Shown piece after piece: positions 19,986 through 28,288 of a DNA stretch of 64,000 nucleotides (position 1 is the stretch's first letter; each line of letters begins with the position of its first letter). The notes below the pieces were generated by a model. That model was not told where the DNA came from. It ran no database searches and worked only from the letters and a program-made list of their open reading frames with translations. The position numbers and the translations under genes are program-made. The stretch is from positions 3,291 to 67,290 of the forward strand of contig DATHPF010000056.1 of assembly GCA_035484155.1 (NCBI GenBank), given 5' to 3'. Source of the DNA: Streptosporangiaceae bacterium (lineage in GTDB: Bacteria; Actinomycetota; Actinomycetes; Streptosporangiales; Streptosporangiaceae).

Positions 19986-20014
19986 CAGGCGGCGGCTGGG
20001 TACCCCGCCGCCTG
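19986..20014 (+). terminator. Perfect 10-bp GC hairpin after the ATP-grasp gene
   Basis: caggcggcgg - ctgggtacc - ccgccgcctg, 43 nt after the stop. Followed by an AT-rich spacer. Confidence 0.5.
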
Positions 20015-20103
20015 AACCAGACCGAGATGACTTTACCCACACTTTTCTTCCGAAAGTGCAGATTTAGATTCGCCGCACCATCAGTGTCAGTACCCTTGCC
20101 TCG

Positions 20104-21834
20104 GTGACAACCCAGTCCGCCCTTGAGGGCCCCGGCTATGCCAGCGGGCACCATGCCGAGAAGAGCCGGCGCAGTGCCGTGCACGTCGGCGGCGTGGCGG
20201 CGCTGACAGCCCTCATTGCCGCCATCTACGCTGGCTACTCGCTGGTCCTCTACGCGACGTACCGGGAGAGTTCCTACGACCTGGTCTACTTCGATCAGGT
20301 CGTCCGGTCCTTCGCCCACTTTCATCTCGGCATCTCGATCCTCGAGGGCACGCTCAACGGATACGGGTCGCATTTCTCTGTCCTGGGCAACCACTTTTCG
20401 CCCATCCTCGCCGCGCTTGCACCGCTGTACTGGATCTACAACGGCCCGCAGACGCTCCTGGTCGCGCAAGCTGTGCTTTTCGCGCTCGCCATTCCCCCGC
20501 TATGGATATTCACGCGGCGGGCGTTCGGCGGCGGTACGAAGGCGACGACCGCGGCTTATCTCATCTGTGTCGCGTACGGCCTCAGCTGGCCAATAGCCGC
20601 TGCAGCAGCCTTCACCTTTCACGAGGTCGCGTTCGCTCCGGTGCTGACCGCGATCGCGCTCGAGCGCCTGCAGGCGGGCCGACTGCGCACTGCCTTGATC
20701 GCGCTGGCCGGCCTGTTGCTGGTGAAGGAGGACATGGGCCTGCTAGTGGCCGGGCTCGGCGTTTACCTTGCCATCTCCGTTGCCCCTACCCTGCGCAGGC
20801 AGCGACTTGTCGGTCTCGCCTTCGTAGCTGGCGGGCTCGCCTACACAGCTTTTGCCACCTACGTGCTGATTCCCGCCTTCGGCGGCCTGGCAGGCCACTA
20901 CTGGGCGTACTCCGACCTCGGCAATAACGTCCCGCAAGTCGTCGCTCACATCATCAGGCATCCGCTGGGGACGCTGCGGCTGCTGGTCAGACCCCAGGTC
21001 AAGCTCCAGACCATTAAGTGGCTGCTCGCTGTCTTCTGCTTCCTGCCATTGCTGTCGCCGCTCGTGGTGGCCGCGCTGCCGCTCATCGCGGAGCGGATGC
21101 TGAATTCCAAGTACCCCAACTGGTGGGGCGTCCATTTCCAGTACAACGCGTTTATCGTCGTCATACTCGTCTTCGCAGCCGTCGATGGCGCCGCTCGACT
21201 GGACCGCTGGGCCTCCTGGGCATGGGACCGCGTCACGGCGGGCCCGAAGCCATCAGCCGACGCCGCACCCGCTGCCGAGGCAGCCGGGCTGGTCGACACC
21301 GGGCCGGTCGACACAAGGCCGGTCGACACAAGGCCGGTCGACCTCGGGCCAGTCGACGCAGTGCCGGTCGACACAGTGCCGGTCGAGAAAGGGCCGGTCG
21401 AGAAAGGTCGGGGCGTGCGATCGGGAGTCGTCGCACTCGGCTGCTGCGTCGCGATTGTGGCCGCGACCCTCTTCACGCTGCCGCGGTTCGCGCTGGGAGA
21501 GGCCCTGCACGCGAACTTCTACGTGCCGACCCCCGCCGGCCAGGCGGCCGCCGCGGCCGACGCTGTTGTGCCAACTGGCGTCCCGGTGCAGGCAGCTACC
21601 GACGTTGCCGCCGAGCTATCGAGCCGCGACACTGTCCTCGGCTGGGGCTGGCAGCAACCTGCGCTCGGCTCTGCGTGGGTCGTCGCCGACGTGCAACGTC
21701 ATCTCATGACGTTCACCAGTGTGCTGGCGCAGCGCGAGCGCGTCGCGCTGCTCATTCACAACGGCTACAAGATCGTTTTCGAGCGCGATGGGTTCGTCGT
21801 CTTGCACCGCACGAGCTCGCCGGCGTCCGTTTGA
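20104..21834 (+). CDS. DUF2079 polytopic membrane protein (putative GT-C-like glycosyltransferase)
   Basis: 'YDLVYFDQVVRSFAHFH...GSHFSVLGNHFSPILAALAPLYW' and more than 10 hydrophobic helices. 576 aa, GTG start. Confidence 0.75.
   Translation: MTTQSALEGPGYASGHHAEKSRRSAVHVGGVAALTALIAAIYAGYSLVLYATYRESSYDLVYFDQVVRSFAHFHLGISILEGTLNGYGSHFSVLGNHFSPILAALAPLYWIYNGPQTLLVAQAVLFALAIPPLWIFTRRAFGGGTKATTAAYLICVAYGLSWPIAAAAAFTFHEVAFAPVLTAIALERLQAGRLRTALIALAGLLLVKEDMGLLVAGLGVYLAISVAPTLRRQRLVGLAFVAGGLAYTAFATYVLIPAFGGLAGHYWAYSDLGNNVPQVVAHIIRHPLGTLRLLVRPQVKLQTIKWLLAVFCFLPLLSPLVVAALPLIAERMLNSKYPNWWGVHFQYNAFIVVILVFAAVDGAARLDRWASWAWDRVTAGPKPSADAAPAAEAAGLVDTGPVDTRPVDTRPVDLGPVDAVPVDTVPVEKGPVEKGRGVRSGVVALGCCVAIVAATLFTLPRFALGEALHANFYVPTPAGQAAAAADAVVPTGVPVQAATDVAAELSSRDTVLGWGWQQPALGSAWVVADVQRHLMTFTSVLAQRERVALLIHNGYKIVFERDGFVVLHRTSSPASV
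21291..21410 (+). repeat. 15-bp x8 in-frame tandem repeat (PVDTx pentapeptides) inside the DUF2079 gene
   Basis: Units ggtcgacaccgggcc / ggtcgacacaaggcc (x2) / ggtcgacctcgggcc / agtcgacgcagtgcc / ggtcgacacagtgcc / ggtcgagaaagggcc / ggtcgagaaaggtcg. Encodes 'LVDTGPVDTRPVDTRPVDLGPVDAVPVDTVPVEKGPVEKG'. Confidence 0.9.
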
Positions 21835-21849
21835 GTCTGGCCGCTGCTC

Positions 21850-23202
21850 TTAGCTGCGCTGATCCAAGGTCTTCGGGCCGGGGACGCCGGAGGCGCGGTA
21901 AAGCCATCCGGCTGATCGCCAGGTAGCTGGATTCAGCATGTAGCGGCCGTCGATGATGCACCGAGCAGCCGTTACTTCGCCCAGCTTCTCCGGGTCGATT
22001 GCTGCAAACTCCGGCCAGTCCGTCAGCAGCAGGACGACATCGGCGCCCTCTGCTGCCATGATTACGGAGTCTGCGTACCTGAACTCGGGGCAGGTTTTAC
22101 GGGCGTTGTCCATGGCGGCCGGGTCGTACACGCTGATCTCCGCACCGAGTCCGTGCAGGATCTGCGCTACGTCCAGCGCAGGCGAGTCTCGGACGTCATC
22201 TGAACCCGGCTTGAAGGATGCGCCTAGTACGCATACCGACTTCCCCGTAACCGAACCCCCAAGAGCTTCGCTGGCCAGGTTGACCATGGCGGTCCGCCGC
22301 CCGAGATTGATGGCGTCGACATCACGCAAGAACTCCAGCGCGTCGTCGGTGCCAAGCTCTGCTGCCCTGGCCAGGAATGCACGGACGTCTTTCGGCAGGC
22401 ACCCCCCGCCATAGCCCAGGCCCGGCCGCAGGAACGCGCTACCTATCCGAGGATCGGCGCCCAGGATGTCAGCCAGGACCGTGACGTCGGCGTCAGCCGC
22501 GTCACATACCTCAGCCACAGCATTGATGAAGGAGATCTTTGTTGCGAGGAAGGCATTAGCCGCGACCTTGGCCAGCTCCGCCGTTGCCAGATCCGTGACG
22601 AAGAGCGGGATTCCCGCATCAATTTGCGGCGCGTAGACCTGGCGCAGGACGTCCTCGGCCTGTCGTGAGCTGACACCGATGACAATCCGATCCGGGCTCA
22701 GCGTGTCGTGCACGCCGTGACCCTCACGGAGAAACTCGGGGCTCCAGCAAAGCTCCGCCGCGTCTGCGACCGGCGCCAGCTGGGCCACCCAGGAGGCCAG
22801 CGACGCCGCACTGCCGACAGGCACCGTCGACTTGCCGACCACAAGGCACGGACGCCTGAGTTCTGGCGCCAGGCGCGCAAGGCAGGTCTCGATCTGTGAC
22901 AGGTCGGCTCCGAAGCCATCCCGCCGCTGCGGCGTTCCTACGCAAAGAAAGTGAACATCGCCAAACTCTGCGGTCTCCTCATACGAGCCGGTAAACGCGA
23001 GTCGGCCCGAACTCAGGCCCTCCTGCACGAGATCCTCGAGTCCCGGCTCGTAGATCGGCACCTCGCCAGCGCTCAGCCGTGCCACTTTCTCGGCGTCGGT
23101 ATCGAAGCCAAGCACCTCGAAGCCTTCAGAAGCCATGCACGCCGCGTGTGTGATGCCCAGGTAGCCGGTACCCAGCACGGTGAGGCGCGGGCGGTTGGTC
23201 AC
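21850..23202 (-). CDS. ugd: UDP-glucose 6-dehydrogenase (UDP-glucose/GDP-mannose dehydrogenase family)
   Basis: 'VLGTGYLGITHA' Rossmann motif and catalytic 'GYGGGCLPKDV'. GTG start preceded by 'gaaggag'. The exact nucleotide-sugar substrate is not decidable from sequence. Confidence 0.85.
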   Translation of the reverse strand: MTNRPRLTVLGTGYLGITHAACMASEGFEVLGFDTDAEKVARLSAGEVPIYEPGLEDLVQEGLSSGRLAFTGSYEETAEFGDVHFLCVGTPQRRDGFGADLSQIETCLARLAPELRRPCLVVGKSTVPVGSAASLASWVAQLAPVADAAELCWSPEFLREGHGVHDTLSPDRIVIGVSSRQAEDVLRQVYAPQIDAGIPLFVTDLATAELAKVAANAFLATKISFINAVAEVCDAADADVTVLADILGADPRIGSAFLRPGLGYGGGCLPKDVRAFLARAAELGTDDALEFLRDVDAINLGRRTAMVNLASEALGGSVTGKSVCVLGASFKPGSDDVRDSPALDVAQILHGLGAEISVYDPAAMDNARKTCPEFRYADSVIMAAEGADVVLLLTDWPEFAAIDPEKLGEVTAARCIIDGRYMLNPATWRSAGWLYRASGVPGPKTLDQRS

Positions 23203-23348
23203 GGATTCTCCTTCTGCGGCACAGATCGTTGCTCCTGGTTCGATGCAGTCCGAGAGCCGCCAGGAGATGCGGAAGTTAGAGATTAACCTACTCGCCTACC
23301 GTCTGAGGCATCTGAGACTTCAGGTCACTGACCGACGCCCGTGGACAG

Positions 23349-23858
23349 CTAAGGGCCCTCAGCGCGGTCCTTGATGCCGGCCAGCGTGGCGGTCATGTTG
23401 GCCTGATGCTCGGCCAGGCGGCGGCGCAGGATCCGGTGCTCCTTGTCGGGCATCTGAGCCACAAGCTCGCTGATTCCGCTCTCGCCAGGGCCCATCTGCA
23501 TCCACTGCCGGATCACCGTGCCTGTGCCATCCGGCTGGAGGCTGAACCGCCAGCGCGCCGCCGGATCATCGGGATCGCCGACCGCCCAGCCGAATACCCG
23601 CTCCGGCTCGAACTCGCAGATCGTCGACACCGTCTCCCAGGTGCCGCGCGCCTCGTGGAAGTTGCGCCCGCGGAACCGGGCGCCGAGCGCCGGGCCGGTC
23701 GCGCCGTCAAGCCACTGGCCGCCCTGGAACTCCGAGCTGAACTCGGCCGGCGTCTGGATGTCGCACACCAGCTGCCAGACCGTGGCAGGCGGCGCGTCGA
23801 TGCGCAGCTCGGCCTCCGTCGTCGGGCAGTCGGCGTATCTGAGCTCAGTGCCTTCCAC
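23349..23858 (-). CDS. SRPBCC (START/cyclase-dehydrase) family protein
   Basis: 'AELRIDAPPATVWQLVCDIQTPAEFSSEF' is a typical Polyketide_cyc2-like N-terminus. 169 aa. Confidence 0.7.
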   Translation of the reverse strand: MEGTELRYADCPTTEAELRIDAPPATVWQLVCDIQTPAEFSSEFQGGQWLDGATGPALGARFRGRNFHEARGTWETVSTICEFEPERVFGWAVGDPDDPAARWRFSLQPDGTGTVIRQWMQMGPGESGISELVAQMPDKEHRILRRRLAEHQANMTATLAGIKDRAEGP

Positions 23859-23910
23859 GGTGGCATGCTACGCCGCACCTGGCCCGGAGCCCTAGCGTCA
23901 CAATGAGGCT

Positions 23911-25008
23911 ATGCAGGTAGGCATCGCGGCCCACGTGGCCTCGCAGCGGGACGCTGACTTCGTCCGGGACGCAGAGCGGATTGGGGCCACCTCAGTGTGG
24001 GTGGCCGAGGCGTGGGGTCAGGACGCGATGACGCCGCTGGCCTTCCTCGCGGCGCAGACCGACCGGATCAGCCTGGGCTCCGCGATTGCCCAGCTCGGGG
24101 CCAGGACACCGGCAATGCTGGCGATGTCGGCCATGTCACTGCAGCTGCTGTCGGGCGGCCGGTTCCGGCTTGGCGTCGGCACCAGCGGACCGCAGGTGAT
24201 GGAAGGCTGGCACGGGGTCAGGTTCGATGCGCCGCTGGCGGTGACCAGGGAGACCATCGAGATCGTCCGGATGGTCGCGGCCGGCAAGCGCCTGAGCCAC
24301 CAGGGCCGGGTCTACCAGCTGCCGCTAGCGGGCGGGCAGGGCCGCGCTATCCGTTCCATGCTGCCGCCGACGCCGCTCCCCGTTTACGTCGCTTCGCTCG
24401 GTCCGCGCAACCTGGAGCTGACCGGCGAGCTAGCTGACGGATGGATCGGCAACACGTTTATGCCCGAGCACGCCGACGTCTTCCTCGACCGGCTGCGGGC
24501 CGGCACCGCGGCAGCCGGCCGGTCGCTGACCGACCTTGACCTTGTCATCCCGGTTGCCGTCGACATCACTGCAGACGAGGAAGCGGCGGCCGCGGCCGCG
24601 CGCCGGCACGCCCGCGGCTATGCGTTCACCATCGGCGCCATGGGCTCGAAGGAGCACAACTTCTACAACGCAGCCTTCACCCGCCAGGGCTACGGCGCCG
24701 ATGTTGAGGCCGTACAGGCGCTATGGCTTGCTGGCCGGCGGGAGGAAGCGGCCGACCGGGTACCGGTCGAGCTCGGCGCTAGGACCAATCTCATCGGCAC
24801 GCCCGCCATGATCGCGCAACGGCTCCGGCTGTACCGGGACGCTGGCGTCACGACGCTGCAGGCCAAGCTCGACGGAGACCGTAGCCACCGGCTCGATACG
24901 CTCGCGCAGCTCATCGAGCTGACAGCCGCCGTGAGCCAGGAGGGCGCCGTGAGCCAGGAGGGCGCCGTGAGCCAGGAGCGACCGGTGAGCCAGGAGGGAC
25001 CGAACTGA
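23911..25008 (+). CDS. Luciferase-like (LLM class, probably F420-dependent) oxidoreductase
   Basis: 'SVWVAEAWGQDAMTPLAFLAAQTDRISLGSAIAQL...RFRLGVGTSGPQVMEGWHG'. 365 aa with a repeat tail. Confidence 0.85.
   Translation: MQVGIAAHVASQRDADFVRDAERIGATSVWVAEAWGQDAMTPLAFLAAQTDRISLGSAIAQLGARTPAMLAMSAMSLQLLSGGRFRLGVGTSGPQVMEGWHGVRFDAPLAVTRETIEIVRMVAAGKRLSHQGRVYQLPLAGGQGRAIRSMLPPTPLPVYVASLGPRNLELTGELADGWIGNTFMPEHADVFLDRLRAGTAAAGRSLTDLDLVIPVAVDITADEEAAAAAARRHARGYAFTIGAMGSKEHNFYNAAFTRQGYGADVEAVQALWLAGRREEAADRVPVELGARTNLIGTPAMIAQRLRLYRDAGVTTLQAKLDGDRSHRLDTLAQLIELTAAVSQEGAVSQEGAVSQERPVSQEGPN
24928..24999 (+). repeat. 18-bp x4 in-frame tandem repeat forming the C-terminal tail (AVSQEG)n of the LLM oxidoreductase
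   Basis: gccgtgagccaggagggc x2 are perfect copies, followed by gccgtgagccaggagcga and ccggtgagccaggaggga. The stop follows 6 nt later. Confidence 0.9.
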
Positions 25009-25091
25009 CTCTGACGGGGCCGTTCGTGAACCGCATAGCTGCCCAGGGCGTCGTATATGTGAGAGCCAATCTTGATGTCATGCTTCTGTAC

Positions 25092-25097
25092 TAGAAT
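25092..25097 (+). promoter_or_regulatory. -10-like hexamer TAGAAT, about 240 nt upstream of korA
   Basis: Fits the actinobacterial TANNNT consensus. TTGATG lies upstream but with only a 14-nt spacer. No experimental support. Confidence 0.2.
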
Positions 25098-25336
25098 GGG
25101 GTTCGGGTTGCGTCAGGAAGCCCGGACGAGGCGGACACCCTGACGTGGCGGCGGGCCCGACTACGACCGCACAGGTAGTCTCGCCAGTAGGATGGCGCGC
25201 CACGTTATCCGGGTACGCCGGCAGGCCTTGTCCTCTCAAGACAAAACTGTCGGCGCAAGAAAAAAAGTTAACGTAACGATGCACGCCGTCACCGCGTCCG
25301 CACCCGGCCTCGGCGCGTGAAGGAGGCCGGGAGACT

Positions 25337-27205
25337 GTGACCAAGCAGGTCCAGCAGCTCGATCGTGTGATCATCAGGTTCGCCGGCGACTCCGGCGACG
25401 GCATGCAGCTCGCCGGTGACAGGTTCACCCAGGAGACTGCGACCTTCGGCAACGACCTGTCCACGCTGCCAAACTTCCCGGCCGAGATCCGCGCCCCGGC
25501 TGGCACGCTGCCCGGCGTATCCAGTTTCCAGCTGCACTTCGCTGACCACGACATCCTGACCCCGGGTGACGCGCCCGACGTGCTGGTCGCGATGAACCCG
25601 GCGGCACTGAAAGCCAATCTTGACGACGTACCGCGTGGCGCGGACATCATCGCCAACACTGACGAGTTCACCAAGCGCAACCTGGCTAAGGTCGGCTACC
25701 TGGCGAACCCGCTCGAAGACGGCTCGCTGGAGGCCTATCAGCTGCACGCCATCCCGATCACCTCGGTGACGGTGAAGGCGCTCGAGGACTTCGACATCAC
25801 CCGCAAGGACGCCGAGCGAGCCAAGAACATGTTCGCGCTCGGATTGCTGTCCTGGCTGTACAACCGCCCGGTCGAGGGCACATTCAAGTACCTCGACTCA
25901 CGGTTCGCCGCCCGGCCCGAGATCCTCGCTGCCAACAAGGCCGCCTTCCGGGCTGGCTGGAATTACGGCGAGACGACCGAGGCGTTCTCGGTCCAGTACG
26001 AGGTCAAGCCCGCCCCGCTCAACCCCGGTAAGTACCGCAACATCACCGGCAACGCTGCGCTGGCGTTCGGCCTGGTCGCCGCGTCCCGGCGCTCAGGGCT
26101 GCCCCTGTTCCTTGGCTCCTATCCGATCACCCCTGCCTCCGACATCCTGCACGAGCTGTCCAAGCTCAAGCGCTTCGGTGTGCGCACCATGCAGGCTGAG
26201 GATGAGATCAGCGGCGTCGGCGCGGCGCTCGGCGCTTCCTTCGGCGGTGGCCTCGGCGTGACCACCACCTCCGGCCCTGGCATGTGCCTGAAGCAGGAGA
26301 CCATCGGCCTGGCCGCTTCGGTCGAGCTGCCGCTCATCATCTGCGATATCCAGCGGGCTGGCCCGTCGACGGGCATGCCGACCAAGACGGAGCAAGCGGA
26401 CCTGCTGCTGGCGCTCTACGGCCGCAACGGCGAATCCCCGGTCGCGATCGTCGCGCCAGCGACACCGGCCGACTGCTTCGATACCGCGCTCGAGGCTGTG
26501 CGCATCGCGGTGAAGTACCGTACCCCGGTGATCATCTTGTCCGACGGGTATCTCGCCAACGGCTCGGAGCCGTGGCGGATTCCGAGCGTGGACGGCCTGC
26601 CCAAGCTGCGGGATGAGTTCAAATTCGCAAGCGGGAACGTGGTCGTCGACGGGGCTGCCGGCCCGCCCTTCCTGCCGTTCCAGCGGGATCCGAAGACCCT
26701 GGCCCGGCCCTGGGCCGTACCGGGTACGCCCGGGCTCGAGCATCGCATCGGCGGTATTGAGAAGGCCGACGGGTCCGGAACCATCTCCTACGACCCGGAT
26801 AACCACGACACGATGGTGCGCCTGCGCCAGGCCAAGATCGACGGTATCGCGGCAGACATCCCTCCGGTCGAGGTCGACGACCCGGATGGCAGCGCCCGGG
26901 TGCTGGTACTCGGCTGGGGCTCGACCTACGGCTCGATCGGCGCCGCGGTGCGCCGCGTCCGCACGGCTGGCGGCTCCATTGCGCAGGCGCATCTGCGGCA
27001 CCTGTCGCCGCTGCCGGCCAATCTCGGCGACGTGCTGCGGTCCTATGACAAGGTGCTGGTGCCCGAGATCAACCTGGGCCAGCTGGCGCTTTTGCTGCGC
27101 GGCCGCTACCTGGTCGACGTGGTCTCCTACAACCGGGTTCGCGGCCTGCCGTTCAAGGCCGCCGAGCTAGCGAACGTCATCCAGGATGTGATCGGCAATG
27201 TCTGA
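25337..27205 (+). CDS. korA: 2-oxoglutarate:ferredoxin oxidoreductase, alpha subunit
   Basis: 'RFAGDSGDGMQLAGDRFTQETATFGNDLSTLPNFPAEIRAP' is a KorA N-terminus. GTG start preceded by 'gaaggagg'. 622 aa. Confidence 0.9.
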   Translation: MTKQVQQLDRVIIRFAGDSGDGMQLAGDRFTQETATFGNDLSTLPNFPAEIRAPAGTLPGVSSFQLHFADHDILTPGDAPDVLVAMNPAALKANLDDVPRGADIIANTDEFTKRNLAKVGYLANPLEDGSLEAYQLHAIPITSVTVKALEDFDITRKDAERAKNMFALGLLSWLYNRPVEGTFKYLDSRFAARPEILAANKAAFRAGWNYGETTEAFSVQYEVKPAPLNPGKYRNITGNAALAFGLVAASRRSGLPLFLGSYPITPASDILHELSKLKRFGVRTMQAEDEISGVGAALGASFGGGLGVTTTSGPGMCLKQETIGLAASVELPLIICDIQRAGPSTGMPTKTEQADLLLALYGRNGESPVAIVAPATPADCFDTALEAVRIAVKYRTPVIILSDGYLANGSEPWRIPSVDGLPKLRDEFKFASGNVVVDGAAGPPFLPFQRDPKTLARPWAVPGTPGLEHRIGGIEKADGSGTISYDPDNHDTMVRLRQAKIDGIAADIPPVEVDDPDGSARVLVLGWGSTYGSIGAAVRRVRTAGGSIAQAHLRHLSPLPANLGDVLRSYDKVLVPEINLGQLALLLRGRYLVDVVSYNRVRGLPFKAAELANVIQDVIGNV

Positions 27206-28286
27206 CACCACCGCCAACGACGCCGAGTTCCCCGAGCCGCAGCACCGGTTCGGCTCGCTGACCCTGGTTCCCAAGGCCGACGAGAAGCAGTCCATGAAGG
27301 ACTTCAAGTCGGACCAGGAAGTCCGCTGGTGCCCTGGCTGCGGTGACTACGCCATCCTGGCGGCCTTCCAGGCATTCCTCCCTGAGCTGGAGATCCCGCG
27401 GGAGAACCTCGTGATCATCTCCGGCATCGGCTGTTCATCGCGCTTGCCCTACTACGTCAATAGCTACGGGATGCACTCGATCCACGGACGCGCCCCTGCG
27501 ATCGCGTCCGGTCTGGCCGCGTCCCGGCCCGACCTGTCGGTCTGGGTGATCACCGGCGACGGCGACGCGCTGTCGATCGGCGGCAACCACCTGATCCACG
27601 CGCTGCGGCGAAACGTCAACATCAAGATCCTGCTGTTCAACAACCGGATCTACGGGCTGACCAAGGGCCAGTACTCGCCTACGTCCGAGCAGGGCAAGGT
27701 GACTAAGTCAACGCCGTTCGGCTCGCTGGACACGCCGTTCAACCCGATATCGCTGGCGCTGGGCGCCGAGGCCGGCTTCGTCGCGAGGACGATCGACTCC
27801 GACCGCAAGCACCTGACGAGCGTGCTGCGGGCGGCTGCCGACCACAAGGGCACGGCGTTCGTGGAGATCTACCAGAACTGCCCGATCTACAACGACGACG
27901 CGTTCCTGCCGATCACCGAGCCCGGCGAGCGGGACCAGCGGCTGATCCGGCTCGAGCACGGCCAGCCCATCCGATTCGGGACTGACGGCAGCCAGGGCCT
28001 GCGCGTCGGCCGGTACGGCGGACTGGAGGCCGGGCAGGCAGCGGGCGCCGACCCGGACTCGCTGCTTGTGCACGACGCGCACGCGAGCGATCCGTCTTAC
28101 GCGTTCGCGCTCTCCCGACTGGACAGCTCGGACTTCGCGCACACGCCGATCGGCGTGTTCCGCGCGGTGGAGCGGCCTAGCTACGACGAGGCGATGTCGG
28201 CGCAGATCGAAGAGGCCAGGCTGACGCAAGGCGACGGTGACCTCGCCGACTTGCTGGCGGGCAGCGACACCTGGCAGGTCGGCTAG
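27198..28286 (+). CDS. korB: 2-oxoglutarate:ferredoxin oxidoreductase, beta subunit (TPP-binding)
   Basis: 'WCPGCGDYAIL' and 'ITGDGDALSIGGNHLIHALRRN'. Overlaps the korA end by 8 nt. Confidence 0.9.
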   Translation: MSDTTANDAEFPEPQHRFGSLTLVPKADEKQSMKDFKSDQEVRWCPGCGDYAILAAFQAFLPELEIPRENLVIISGIGCSSRLPYYVNSYGMHSIHGRAPAIASGLAASRPDLSVWVITGDGDALSIGGNHLIHALRRNVNIKILLFNNRIYGLTKGQYSPTSEQGKVTKSTPFGSLDTPFNPISLALGAEAGFVARTIDSDRKHLTSVLRAAADHKGTAFVEIYQNCPIYNDDAFLPITEPGERDQRLIRLEHGQPIRFGTDGSQGLRVGRYGGLEAGQAAGADPDSLLVHDAHASDPSYAFALSRLDSSDFAHTPIGVFRAVERPSYDEAMSAQIEEARLTQGDGDLADLLAGSDTWQVG

Positions 28287-28288
28287 CC

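Noticed and set aside
21291-21410. Short direct repeats considered as a CRISPR array (also at 24928, 32916, 41745)
   Set aside because: Units are 15-18 bp, contiguous with no spacers, in-frame within coding sequence, and no cas genes are present.
25100-25250. Possible SRP (4.5S), 6S or other known housekeeping RNA in the korA upstream region
   Set aside because: I could not find the conserved SRP domain IV motif (GGAA tetraloop with AGCA/CAGG symmetric loop) or any tmRNA or RNase P signature on either strand. It is kept only as an unexplained leader (see findings).
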